A DNA stretch of 63,962 bases, filler included, from Reclinomonas americana ATCC 50394 (lineage: Eukaryota): assembly GCA_048213135.1 (NCBI GenBank). It is 21 parts of 21 records of this genome, joined end to end, with 100 filler letters (N's around TTAATTAATTAA, not from the genome) between each part and the next. Parts side by side here need not be neighbours in the genome. Positions count along the whole stretch, not along the records: positions 21,221 to 24,342 come from AFZH01018231.1; positions 24,443 to 32,244 come from AFZH01018232.1; positions 32,345 to 33,873 come from AFZH01018233.1; positions 33,974 to 38,830 come from AFZH01018234.1; 17 more parts are not named here. One strand, given 5' to 3'. Below the pieces are notes generated by a model. The model did not search any database. It was not told the origin of the DNA and worked only from the letters and a program-made list of their open reading frames with translations. The position numbers and the translations under genes were made by a program. Numbering within the stretch: position 1 is the stretch's first letter; each line of letters opens with the position of its first letter. This document shows, one piece after another, positions 24,174-37,185 of the stretch.

Positions 24174-26800
24174 TCATTCCACAAACGTCCGCAGAATGCG
24201 CAGCAACGAGCGCACGCCAAACAGATACCCGTCCTGATTCTGCTCCGCCGACGAGTCCTCCAGCTCCGACAGACGCGCCACATGCGCAAAGTCCACCACA
24301 CGCAGACGCACCGACAGAGGCGCGCCCACCACACCATCACCTNNNNNNNNNNNNNNNNNNNNNNNNNNNNNNNNNNNNNNNNNNNNTTAATTAATTAANN
24401 NNNNNNNNNNNNNNNNNNNNNNNNNNNNNNNNNNNNNNNNNNAAGGGGGGAAGGGGAAGGGGGGAGTGAGGGGAAAGGGGGAAGGGGGAAGGGTGAGTGA
24501 GGGAGAAGGGGGCAAGAGTGGAGAGGTGGAGGAGAGAGACAGGGCGAGGGATGAGAGGGAGAGTAAGAGGAAGAGGAGGGAGAGAGTGAGAAGCAAGAGA
24601 GAAGGGTGAGAATGGGAGAGGAAAGAGAGAAGGAGGACGAAGGAGAGGGAGCGGCAAGAAAGAGCGGGACATGCCAGGAAAGAGGAGAAAGGAAGAGAGA
24701 GAGAGAGACAGAGAGAAAGAGAGAAGATTACAAGAATGCAAGAGCTGACGGAGAAGATGCGTTGCGAGAAGGACGAAAATGGAAACACAACTCAGGAGGA
24801 ACGACAGATCTCGGGCACTGCAGGTGTGCGGAGGAACAGGAAATGACGAGGATATGAAGTAGAGCTGGTAGCGAGAAGAATAGGACTGAGAAAAGAGAGA
24901 AAAGAGATACAGAGACAGAGAGAAGACTGTGAGAGACAACGTACATGTCCAGAGCATAAAGGACACGAGAAGGAAGAGTAGCGCAGCGAGAGGGCAAGAG
25001 TACATGAATGCTGTCAGAGAAGAGATGACGGTGTACGGCACAGCAACGAGTGCAGAACAACCAAGTAGTCGAGAAGAGAGGACAAGACAAGGGCAGAGTT
25101 CGCTGTGAGCACTTTGCTGCTCGTCTCATGAGAGAGAAAAGAGAGACGCAGCGACATCTAACAGAGAAAAGGGCAGAAGAAGAAGAGAAAGAAAGGACGA
25201 AATGCAGCTTCATCGTATTCGTCTTATTCCACTCTTTCTCTTCTCCCTCACCCTCTCACAGATATCAAGGACAGAAGAAGGGAGAGAAATGACAATGCCG
25301 CTTCCACTCTTATCAGATTAATCCTGTCACCTTCTTCTTCTTCCTCCCTCCTTTTGTTCTCCCTCTCCAAGTCACGGAAATCAAAGGACAGAAGAAGGGA
25401 GCATGACGCTTCCACCATTGCCAGATAATTATGCCACCTTCTCTTCTCCCTCTCCTCTCCTATCCTTCCCCCTCTCACGGCTATCAAAGGACAGAGGAAG
25501 TGAGACCAAGGACAAAATGACTATCACCTTCTTCCTCTCCCTCTTTCTCCTTCTCCTTCCCCTTCTTTCCCTCCCTCTCCCTCTGCAACTCACACTTCCC
25601 CCCGGGCAACTTGGCCTTCAGCGCCGCACACTCGGCCGACGACGACGACACGAGATGCTCAAACGGCCGCTCCGCCGCAATCTCATGCGGCGACAGTGCC
25701 AGCATGCCCACGCCGCGGCGCACTCGCACAAACGCCACGTGACACTCGCGCAACTCGGCCGTCGACGACGGCGACTCGCTAATGGCCACCTCGCTGGCCC
25801 TGGAGGTGGCCGCTGCCAGATCGCAACTGAACGAGGTCGGCAGCGACGGTATCGCCGGTAGCAGCGCCGCCAGACCGATAAAACGCGCCAGAAACTCCTC
25901 CATGAGCGACGCAGCCTCGTCGGTCGGATCGTCGTACACGGGCTCCGTTTCCGACGGCGGTGACTCCTCCTCCTTGCCCTCCTCGTGCTCGTGCTCACCC
26001 TGGCGATGCTGCTGCTGCTGCTGCTGGTGATGGAGATGCTGTTCGTGGTAATGGCTGGTGCACGACAAGACGCCGACATAAAAGGCCAGCTCGCGTGCAT
26101 TGAGTCGCTTGAAAATCCACCCGCGCGGCACACTCTGCTTGATGGGCACATGACCGCCGGCCTGATGCGGATGAATGAGCACCGTCTCCGTCCACAGCTG
26201 CACGACCGGCTCGGCCAATCCCGCACTCCGCACACTCATCAACTGCGGCAACTCACTCGACTGATCCTCGTCCGAGTCTGCCTCCTCCTCGTCCTCGTCC
26301 TCTTCATGCTCGTCGTCCTCCTCCTCGTCATCATCAATGTCCTGCTCCGAGTCGACCTCGTCCAGCTTGCCCACCATGAGATCATCGTGACTGCTGTGCG
26401 CTGCTCCTCCTGCGGGTGTTGGCGGCTTGCGTCGACTAGCACGTCGCGGCAGAGGTGGTGTGCGATCTCCATGATTCCCGTCCTCGTCTGGCGGCTGGTC
26501 CTGTCCCGCCGAGGAGGCCGCAGCGCCGGCGGGGATGAAGGACGAGGCGGGCGCCGAGGACGACTCGACGTGGCGCAGACGGCGACGCTGCTGCTGCTGC
26601 TGCTTTCCGGGTGAGTCATCGGGGACACCAATGGCGTCGGCGGCAGCGGCCGAAGTCGCCTGCTGCTGTTGTTGTTGTTTTTGGAGTAATGTCGGTGAGG
26701 GGGGCGGGTATCGCAGTGAGGAGGAGGTGCGACTGGAGGAGCGAGTGGCGGCCGCGCTGGAGGCGGTGGAGGAGGATGGAGAGACACCCGTTGTGGTGGA
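24174..26800 (-). CDS. Inositol polyphosphate kinase (IP6K/IPMK superfamily); central catalytic exons missing in gap, start uncertain
   Basis: N-lobe motif HQAGGH...WIFKRLNARELAFY in the large exon. The last exon (24174-24342) reads LRVVDFAHV...QDGYLFGVRSLLRIL*, the family's IDFAH and DxGYLxGL motifs. Confidence 0.85.
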
Positions 26801-27204
26801 TTGATGGAGAGCAAAGGGCGAGAGGGGGAGAGAGATGCGCACAAGAGACACTACTGATGCGATGCGCGAAAGTGACAAGGAGGAGTGTGTGGAACGAAAC
26901 CCGCGCGCGCGCGCACCCTCTTGGCGAATTTGATGACAAGAAACACACACGCACACTCGCTGTGAGAAGGAGAGTGGTGGGAGAAAGAGAAAGTGAGAAG
27001 GCGTGTGCGAGAAAAGAGACACACTGTGCGTATGTGCGTTTGGTCAAAAAAAGTTGTACACTTCGGCTGACTGGAATGGATGGTGGAATCGAAATGGGTA
27101 AGGAAAAGGGTGTGAGATCGGCTGGTGCGCCTGGTGTGCATATGCGTGGTGTCGCTAGTGTCCACTCGCGCGATGAGGCGGTGGGCAAGTGCGGTGTTGT
27201 GTAT

Positions 27205-27690
27205 CAGGGAATGGCGGGAGAAGTGCACCTGCTCGCTTTGTCCGGGTCTGAGAAGGAGAAGGCTGTTGAGGTTTCGCTGATCCTGTGTATGTATCTACCT
27301 TGTCGCTCTCTCATTCCGCGCTGTGTGGACGATGACGAGTGAGCGCAGTGTTGTGTAACTGGAAGTGGCGGGAGAAGTGCTCGCTCTGTCCGGGTCTGGG
27401 AAGGAGAAGGCTGTTGAGGTTCTCTGCGTGCGAGCATGTGCCTGTCTCACTGCTCTCTCACTTTGCGCTGTGTGGATGCCGGCGAGTGAATCGCAGTGTT
27501 GTGTAACTGGAAGTGGCGGGAACGTGCTCGCTCTGTCCGGGTCTGGGAAGGGAAGCTGAGTGAGTGTTTCTCTGCAAGTGTACATGTGCCTGTCTCACTG
27601 CTCTCTCGTTTTGCGCTGTGTGGATGCCGGCGAGTGAATCGCAGTGTTGTGTAGCTGGAAGTGGCGGGAAGCGTGCTCGCTCTGTCCCTC
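27205..27690. repeat. Tandem repeat, about 3 copies of a roughly 150 bp unit, between the divergent kinase and Rab18 genes
   Basis: TGGCGGGA...GCTCGCT(C/T)TGTCC starts near 27212, 27366, 27514 and 27662, with GCGCTGTGTGGA...GCAGTGTTGTGTA in each unit. Confidence 0.85.
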
Positions 27691-27901
27691 TCATCCTCAA
27701 TCAACAAAACGTGCGTGAGTGAAGTGCGCCTCTCTCTTTCTGTGCGTGTGTGCGTGCTTGGGTCTCGTGTGTAGAGAGATCTTTCAGTGAACGAGCGCGC
27801 GTTTGAGAGACACGTGTCTTTGTGAGTGACATCGCGCGTCTGACGTTTTCTCACTCCCTTGTGTGCTGTTGTGTTGACAGGTTGTTTTGTGCTTGTTTTC
27901 C

Positions 27902-29150
27902 ATGAGCGACTACGATTACATTTTCAAGGTGAGCAGCGCGGGAGGGAGAGTGAGGGAGGGAGTGACAAGGGAAACAGCTATTTTTTCTCTCTTTCGCTGT
28001 CACGTGTCGGTGCTGACAAGGAAGGAACTGAGAGGGAAGGAAGAAGGGAAAGGGAGTGGAGGGGAGTTGATCACGACTCTTCTTGGTCTCATTCACACTC
28101 ATTTCACTCTAGTGCTCTGTGACGAATCACGCTCTCCCACACACACACGAGCACACGCGTTCTCCCTGGCTCCCTCTACTCTCTTCCCCCTCCTCTCTCT
28201 TTTGCACTGTCACAATCCGAGCAAAGATCGTGCTCCTCGTTTCTTTCCTCCCTCTCATCTCATCTCCTTTGTCAGTCTCAAGCACAACACAGATCGCACC
28301 CCCACAGACATCTCCCTGACTCTTGCTCCTCTCATCTCATCCCCGTTTTGCTGTCTCAAGCACAGCGCAGATCAGACGCACTCTGTGCGTGATGCCTCGT
28401 GTTTCCTTCTCCTCTCCTCCTGCTATCGCCTTTGCACTGTCTCAATCACAACACAGATCGCGCTCCCGCAGATATAAGCTCGCTTTCTCACCCTCTCATC
28501 ACTCTCCTCTTGTCTCTTCTCATCTCTCCTTTGCTCTGTCGTAAGCACAACGCGCATCACGCTCCTCCTGATGCAAGCACGTACCTCTCCCTCTTTTCCC
28601 TTTTTCCTGTTCTCACATCTCTCTTTTGCTGTACGAATCTCGCTCCCGCAGACGCAAGCACACACGCTCTCCCTGGCTCCCTCTACTCTGTTCCCCACCC
28701 GCTTCTCCTTTGCCCTATCGCAAACACAGCGCAGATCAGACGCACTCTGTCGTGTTTCCTCTCTTTCTCTCTCTCACTTTCTCTCGACGCACTGCTCATG
28801 GATACTATGCCGTTCTTTGTTTCGGTGCTTCTGTGCCCCCCCCCCCCCTCCCTCTCTCTTACTGCAGCAGCTCGCTGTACTTCTCTCCCTCCTTTTTCTC
28901 TCTCTCTCTCTCGCCGCTCCTCATTGTTTTTGTGCGTGCATAGATCCTGCTGGTGGGTGATGCGTCGGTCGGCAAGTCCTCGATTCTCCTGCGCTTCACC
29001 GACGACACATTCGATGAGGAAATCGGCAGCACAATTGGTAAGTGCTGGCGAGGGCGCAGGGGGAGAGCTAGAGTTAGTTATTCGGCAAGGAAGGAGTTTG
29101 AAAAGGATGCGAGCTGACAATGATCTCGCGGCTTAGGCGAAGTGGGGCGA

Positions 29151-29184
<34 letters not shown>

Positions 29185-31670
29185 AGTGAGAGAGTGCATA
29201 GCCTCCAGCTCCTACCCTCTCCGTCATCTCAACTCACCCTCTCTGTGCCCTGCCATAACCAGGTGTCGACTTCAAGAAGAAGATCGTCTCGATGAACCGG
29301 CAGCGCATTTTGTGCACCATCTGGGACACGGCTGGTGCGTTTCGATCACTGTTCGTGTGCTGGATACGCACACGCATGCGCATTCCTACACGCACACGCA
29401 TACACGCACACTCACACTCAAGCACACCCACACCCACAATTATACGCACACGCACACACGCACGCGCACTTGCACAGCACACGCAAAACACGCAGTCAAG
29501 CATCCACGCGGTTGCTTACACTTACATTGATTCTCTTTCTCTCGCACATACGCGCCCTTTCACATGCACTCTCTCTCTCTCTCTCTCTCACGGGTTACGT
29601 ACTCGTCAACAGCGATACGTGCTCATGCACACAGGCGCACTCTCACTCACACACGGGCACGTTTTCTCATTCACTGTTCTCATCGCAGGCCAGGAACGAT
29701 TCCGCACGCTCACATCTGGTTACTACCGTAACGCCAAGGGAGTGGTACTGGTGTACGACGCCTCGAGCAGGAAGACGTTTGAGTCGGTGCAAATGGTGAG
29801 TTGCTGGTGCCGAATCACGTGTACACAACGAGGGGAAGAGGCGAGAGGGGAAGAGGAGGGAGGGGAAGAGGAGGGAGGGAAGAGGAGAGAGGGAAGAGGA
29901 GAGAGGAGTCTCTCTCTCTCTCTCTCTCTGATCCCAGCTTGTTCGTTTGCGTATTCGCTCACTTGTCTCTCCTCTCGCTCATTGTTTGACAGACATCTTC
30001 TCTTCGTGTGCCTTCTTCTCTGTTTTCTCTCTTCTCTTGCACGCTTGCACGTCCGCGTATTCGCTCGCTTTGTACTTGCTCATTCGTCGACCAGTGCCTT
30101 CTCTCTCTGTGCCTATCTCTCCCACGCCTTACTCTCACACCACCGTCCACGCATGTGCGCCTGTATTCACTGACAGCCTCTCCCCCTCGCTCATGTTTTG
30201 ACTGACGTCTTCACTTCGTGTGCCCATCTCTCTCTGTTTTCTCTCTTCTCTTGCACGCTTGCACGTCCGTGTATTCGCTCGCTTTGTACTTGCTCATTCG
30301 TCGACCAGTGTCTTCTCTCTCCGTGCCTGTCTCTCCCACGCCTTACTTTCACACCACCTTCCACGCATGTGCGCCTGTATTCACTCACTGTCTCTCACTC
30401 GCTCATTGTTTGACATACACCTTCTCTTCGTGTGCCCTTCTCTCTCTGTTTTCTCTCTTTCTCTCTCTTCTCCCTCTCTCTCTCTCTCGCACCCAGCTTG
30501 TACGTTCGCGCATTCGCTCACTTTCACGTCCACTCGCTCATCTTTGACAAGTGGAGAAGGCACCCACTTGCTCGTTCTTGGACACACCCCTGTCACTCTT
30601 TTGCTCACGTTTTCCCCCTTTTGCGACGCAGTGGCTGGAGGAGGTCGACAACTACTCCACACATCAGGTGGTCAAGCTGCTCGTGGCCAACAAGATCGAC
30701 CTGGAGAGCCAGCGACAGGTGTCGAGAGAAGAGGGTGCCAAGTTTGCGCGTCAGAATGGCATGCTCTTTATCGAGTGCAGTGCCAAGACGCGGGAGGGTG
30801 TCAGCGAGGCGTTTGAGGAGTTGATTCACAAGGTGAGTCGAGAATGGGGAAGGGAGGGGATAGAGGGAAGGGAGGGAAGAAGGGAAGGGAGGGAAGCCGA
30901 GTGTACGAAAGAGAGTCAATGAGAGCCGAGAATACGGAGAGAGGAGGAAGAGATGTAAACAGAGGGCCACACTACTTAGTGGGAGACACACGAGAGTATT
31001 GATGAAACCTCGTTGAGAAATGGCAGAGAGGTGGACGTAGCTGTGGAAGAGATAAAAATGTCCTGCGAGGAGACCTTGGGCAGAGAGGAGAGATGACTGC
31101 ACGACGAAGTAGAAGGCAGTGTACAGAGAACACAACGAGAGAGGCATAGAGGGTCGATGAGCGCACGGCGGGGGCGACAGTGAATGGATGACGAGGGAGT
31201 CGCGAGGGGGAGATGACCGCATGCCGAGAGGACATAGTTGAGAGAGAGAGAGAGAGGAAGGTGAACGGACGGCGAGGGAGATGTGAAGGAGAGATGACCG
31301 CCTGTCGAGAGTGTCGGGTTGGATGTAATTGCGAGAGAGAGAGAGAGAGGAAGGTGAATGGACGACGAGGTAGACGTGAGGGGAGATGACCGCGTGTCGA
31401 GAGGAAGAGAGATGAACGGTGAGGAGAGATGATTGCACGACCAACGCACGTGAGAGCAGAGTTGAATGCATGAACAGAGAGACAGCGAGAGGGAAGTGCA
31501 GGAAACATCGAATGCGGCGCTGAGAAGATAGGGAGCCTGCGATTCACAGGCAGGTCTGCTTCTGACTACTCCACATGCAGATTCTGGACACACCCGCTCT
31601 GCTGGAGAACGCAGCGCCGATAACGATATCACAACCGGCCGACGAGAACAAGGGCGGACGGTGCTGCTGA
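27902..31670 (+). CDS. RAB18: Rab18 small GTPase, 6 exons
   Basis: [83 protein letters not shown]-terminal CC prenylation motif. Confidence 0.93.
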
Positions 31671-31808
31671 GCATCAACCACGTGCGCGTGCACGTGTATG
31701 TATGTAGAAGGAAGTAAGAGCATGCTTGTTAGTGGAGGCAGAAAAGGGGCAGTGGAGGCGTGTACATTGAAATTGGTCTTGTCCTCTCTGGTGTCCTCTG
31801 TGATTGAA

Positions 31809-32106
31809 ATGCTTCTCCAAGTGCTCTCACACACTGGCACCTATCGCCTGGTGCTGCTGGAGGACCGTTCATCGACACATCGCTTCACTCCACTCCTGCT
31901 TCGTCGCATTGTGCAAGCGCATGAGTTGAGAGACAGAGAATGAGAGAGAAATGTGACTGTCTGTGCTCCTCCCTCACTCACGCGCACTCACAGGTCCACG
32001 TGTGTGGTGGCCATGGACTCGCCTCCATCGCATTATCCTCGCATGCTGAGGTGAGTGAGAGGGAGAGATAGGAGAGAGACAGAGGAAGGGAGGGAGGGAG
32101 GGAGGG

Positions 32107-32158
<52 letters not shown>

Positions 32159-32349
32159 GAGTAGGAGGAGAGGTAGGGTAGGACGGTAAGGTAACGGTAC
32201 CGGTACGGTTAGGGTAAGGGAAGGGTAGGGGGTAGGAGGAAAGGNNNNNNNNNNNNNNNNNNNNNNNNNNNNNNNNNNNNNNNNNNNNTTAATTAATTAA
32301 NNNNNNNNNNNNNNNNNNNNNNNNNNNNNNNNNNNNNNNNNNNNGAGAC

Positions 32350-32384
<35 letters not shown>

Positions 32385-33740
32385 AGGGAGAGTGAGAGTG
32401 AGCGATAGAGCCTGTGAGAGAGGGTGGAGAGAAGAGAGAATGAAGTTGTCAGAGTGCGCACGAGAGACTGAACAGGTTATGTCTCTCCCTCCTCTTTCCT
32501 CCTTTCCTCCTCTTTCTCTCCCCCCCTCTCTCTCTATCCTTTCTCTCTCCCTCCCTCTCTCCCTTCCTCTTTCTCACTCTCTCCTTGCTCTCTCTCCTTT
32601 CTCCATCACCTGTCGTCCTCGCCCTTCTCTCACTCCCCGCTTCTCCCTGCAGCCTCTCTCCCTTCGCTTCTCTCCCTTCCCCTTCTTCCGTCCTCCCTTC
32701 CTTCTCTTCTCTCCCGTCTCTCCCTCTCCTTTCTCCCTCACTTCACTTCTCTCCCCGCTTCTCCTCCTTTCCCCTCTCCTTCCTCCCTCCCCTCCTCTCA
32801 CCCGCCCCTTGTGCTTCCTGCACAACAGATCCCCACCCCACTTGTCCGTGATTGACGGCTTCTCGGACCCACTACACTGGAAGGGATCGAGCGGGGTGGA
32901 CTTGTCGTCGCAGGTGGGACTGGGGGAGCTGTGCGCGCAGATCGAGGCTACGGGGGCGCACTGTTGCGTTCAGGAGCAGGGAAGGTCTCCCTTTCTCGTT
33001 TTACTCACGTTCTTTGCTCGCCTCCAGGCGTCGTGCTGGACTCGCTCAACGCCCTCTTGCGACTCCACTCGTGGACACAAGTGCTTCGCTTCCTGCGACG
33101 AGTCACCGACAGTGCACGAGGTCTGTAGATTCTGTGCGGCGCACCTCCGTCTCTTCTCCTCCGCTCACGTGTCTATTCTTCGCAGATCCACTGGCGGTGA
33201 TCTGCATTGTGCACGTGGACCTGTTGCCGGGCGGCAGTGAGATTGACTTGGACGACTCGGAGGTGGTGGCAGAGGCGTCGCTCGCACGCGACTACAACGC
33301 GTTGCAGATGTATGCACGGGCGCGCATCAGTGTCGAACCGGTGGTGGCGCAGCCGTATGCTGCGGACATTCGCATTTTGGGTGAGTGGGGGGATGAAAGA
33401 GAGAGACAACTGCGACGGATATTATCGAGAGATTGAGGAAGGGAGGGAGTGACACGGAAACGAGACAGCAAGTCACGTGCATCCGCGAGACAAAGCGATA
33501 TGATCACTTTCCCCCTTTCCCCTCGGCTCACTTTCCCCTTCTCCTCACTGCGCACCAGGCGGCTTCATGTCCGTTCCCGTGTCCTCGCTGCACGGAGAGG
33601 CCGCCGAGATGTACCTGGCTGAGAAGCGAAACAAGCAGCGAGTGGTTATTGCCGGTCGTGCCGACGTCAAGTGCACGTGCAGGGCGCGACGCTCCAACGC
33701 CAAGCTGCAGACATCGGTGCGTGCCAATGCAGATCCATTC

Positions 33741-33783
<43 letters not shown>

Positions 33784-34086
33784 GTACGACGACGGACGGA
33801 CGTACGGTACGTACGACGACGAGAGAGAGACAGAGAGAGAGAGAGAGAGGAGGAGGAGAGAGAGAACGAGAGANNNNNNNNNNNNNNNNNNNNNNNNNNN
33901 NNNNNNNNNNNNNNNNNTTAATTAATTAANNNNNNNNNNNNNNNNNNNNNNNNNNNNNNNNNNNNNNNNNNNNACACACAACAACAACACCGACCGACCG
34001 ACCGACCGTACCGTACGTACGACCGACGACGTACGTACGACGTACGTACGTACGCGCGTCGACTACGTACTACGTACTACTACTCT

Positions 34087-34146
<60 letters not shown>

Positions 34147-34738
34147 CTTGCAGATCTGTTTACATGCTCGCACTCCTTCTCACCCGTTTTCTCTCTCGTT
34201 TCCCTGTCTCTCTCCCCCGTTCATGTGTTCCTCTCTCTGTACTCTCTGTCTCCCCCATCCCTTTCTTTCCTTCCCTTCTCTTCCCCCTTCCCCCTCATCG
34301 CTCTCTTCCTTTCCAGGAGGAATGGTTCGTGGCCACCGACGACGACGACTCACTCCTCCCGCTGCCCGTCGAGGACTACGACGCAGTGCGTCGACGCGCC
34401 GAGCAAGCCAACGTTGCGTCGCCGTACCCCTCCCTTTCTCTCCCCTTTACTCCCCCCCTGCTCACCCTTGGGTGCAGGCTACGGATCCCACCGAAGTCGC
34501 CTCCTTCAACTTGAAGTTGTCCGACGCGGAGCGCGAGGCCAAGGATGCTGTGCGGTTACCGTACACCAAGCAAGCGGCGACTGCTGCTGCTGCCGGCGAG
34601 CCGGCAGGACTGCCGACCACGGTGCAAATCAGGGGAGGCAACAGCAGCAGCGGCAGCGCAACTGCATCTGGCACGATTTTTGTGGACCACGACGAGATCT
34701 TTGACGACGACGACCCCGACTTTGATCTCGATCTCTGA
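31809..34738 (+). CDS. ELP5: Elongator complex subunit 5 (multi-exon, two gaps)
   Basis: IDGFSDPL.W and VVLDSL motifs; C-terminal signature ASFNLKLSDAEREAKDAVRLPY...IFVDHDEIFDDDDPDFDLDL*. Confidence 0.85.
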
Positions 34739-34825
34739 ATGAACGAGATAGTAAACGAATTTACTCGCTAATAACAAACAAACTTGCATGAAAACACGCG
34801 GGGCAGTCCCTCTCTCGCACTCTGT

Positions 34826-37154
34826 TTAGTTCTTGAGGAAGCGGATGCCGCAGTAGGCAACCACTCTCATGAATGCAATCAGGGCAAACAGCACGCCAAT
34901 GCAACCGCCAATGGTGATGTAGTCGTAGCCCTGGGCGCTAATCGTCTGCTCGCCCGATGTGATGGGGCATTGGCCCTTGGAGTTGAGCTGCGCCGGCGTG
35001 CAGTAGAGTTCGAGGCCGGAGAGCTCATTCAGGGCGAGACCCACGAAAGCGTACTTGATGAAGCTCAGGGCGTCCTGCAAACAAGCAATAAGACGAATGG
35101 ACAGAGGGAGAGGGAGGAGGGTGGAAGGGAGAGTACGCACCAGCCACACAAAGTACTTGGGCAGGAAGGCGGGTGCCAAGAAGAAACCGCCAAAGAGACG
35201 GGTGATCTGGGAGGGGTGGGAGGGGAGAGGTAAACGGTTAGCTTATGGAAATCACACTACGAAGAGCGTGAGCTACTGCACTCGAAAATCTGGGCATCGC
35301 CGACGGTGAATGACAGAAAGGAGAGGAGATGGAGGGGGAGACAGGGAAGAATGACTGCGCTGTGTTTGCGACGGAATAAAGGAAAGCGAGTGGGGCGAGA
35401 GTCTATCTCTTACAAAACACAGGTGCAATGCAGGCTTCCCTCTCCTCTCTTCCTCTCACCCATCACCCGCATCTCACCTCGAGCCACATCGGCAACACCG
35501 TCAGCGACTTGGTGGCCGTCTTGCACAACGCCGACACCATCAGCGCAAGTGACGTGGCCGAAATCGTGCACAGCATCATGAACACCATGAAGACGAAGAA
35601 CTTGCCGGCGTTGGGCTGCAGGCCCACCATCCAGTACACGATGCAGCTGAAGAGGATCTGCGGCCACCAATGTAAGCAGCCAGTAACACACAAGCGTACA
35701 CACAGAATTCGACAATAAACATCAAATTCTACAAAGACTCGCTCATACACGGAAACACGAACACAACAATCACGGAGACAAACGATCCCACATAAACAAA
35801 CACAAAAGCTCAACATATACAGCTTCACACACAAGCAAACACACAGCCCACCACTGGTACACGCACACAAAAATCTTGCAGACGTATAGGACACAAGAGA
35901 GACGAATCTACTTTCTCGCACACACAGTTCACATCAAACTAACACACACACACACGTGGCCCCCACTCTTCGCTCTCTTCCCATCCGCCTTCGTTCTCAC
36001 CTCCCCTTCCCCTTTTACCCTCCCTTCCCTTCTACCTCCTTTTTCCCTCCACTCACCGGCTGAATCAGCTGCACGATAAACTCGACGACCATCTTGGCGC
36101 AAAAGTACGCACTGGCGCGATACGTACCCGCCAGGCGTTCCCTCAACGACAGCACACGCTCCTCGGGGAACGAGTTGACCACCGACATGGAGCCGCACAC
36201 TCCCTGGTTGACGCAGCAGAAGAAGAGCAGCGGGGCGCGGCGGCTGATGCTGCTCTGCGAGGTGCCGATCTGATAAAAGGCGCCGCCAATCAGCAGCGAC
36301 ATGATAATGTTCTGGATCGTGGCCACAATGACGCTGCCGCGGTGTCGCCACTGCTCCTTCATGCAGCGCGTGGTCAGCGTGACAAACTGGCGCATCCACG
36401 AGGTGCGGTCGCGCTCCATCAGCGGCGCCACCTCATTGTCGTCGTCCAGGCCCATGCCACCATCCTTGGAGGCCACGCCACCGTCGCCGTCATGAAGTCG
36501 TTTGAGGTGGTCCTTGTTGCGTGACAGCGGCTTGATGGCCGGCCGCATGGGCAGCTCCAGCCCGCGATCCACATCGATCTCGCGATGTGGCAGCAGCGCG
36601 CGCAGGCGTTGGGCGTTCTCGTCGGCCTTTCTCCGCGCCTCGTCGGCGTCCACGGCGCGGTCCTCAATGGTGGCCGACACCACCTCCATGACGTGGTCGG
36701 CGGGGTTGTTGGCGGCGTTGGCGGGGAAGCCGGCCTCGGCGTAGTAGCGCAGAATGTCCTTTTGCGGGCCCCAGTAGATGGTTTGACCAAAGTTGAGGAG
36801 GAGGATTTCGTCTGCGAAAAAGGGAAATAAAGGGAAAGGGCAAAGAGGGGAAGGGTGAGAGACAGGGAGATGAGAGGGGAATGAGGGAGGGAGAGGGAGG
36901 AGAGGGTGAGGAGGGTCAAGGGAGGGGAGGGGAGGGGGAGAGAAATGAGAGGGAGGGAATGCGTGTGTGTGTGTGAGAGAGAGATACCAAGATGGACTGA
37001 AATCGGGGGAGCAGAATAAGAAAACGGAGTGAGCGAGGGAGAGACGGTCGAGAGAGAGAGATACACATAGATCGAGGAAGGAACACGCTTCCTCCCACCT
37101 CCGCCAAGACGACGGTGAACACAAGCGTGATGACAAAAAGATACAGAAAGAGAC

Positions 37155-37185
<31 letters not shown>

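Noticed and set aside
33781..34085. TACG/CGAC-rich strings at contig ends (also 1-90, 3290-3375, 32160-32240, 54365-54415)
   Set aside because: They always follow microsatellites at contig ends and look like pyrosequencing flow-order noise.
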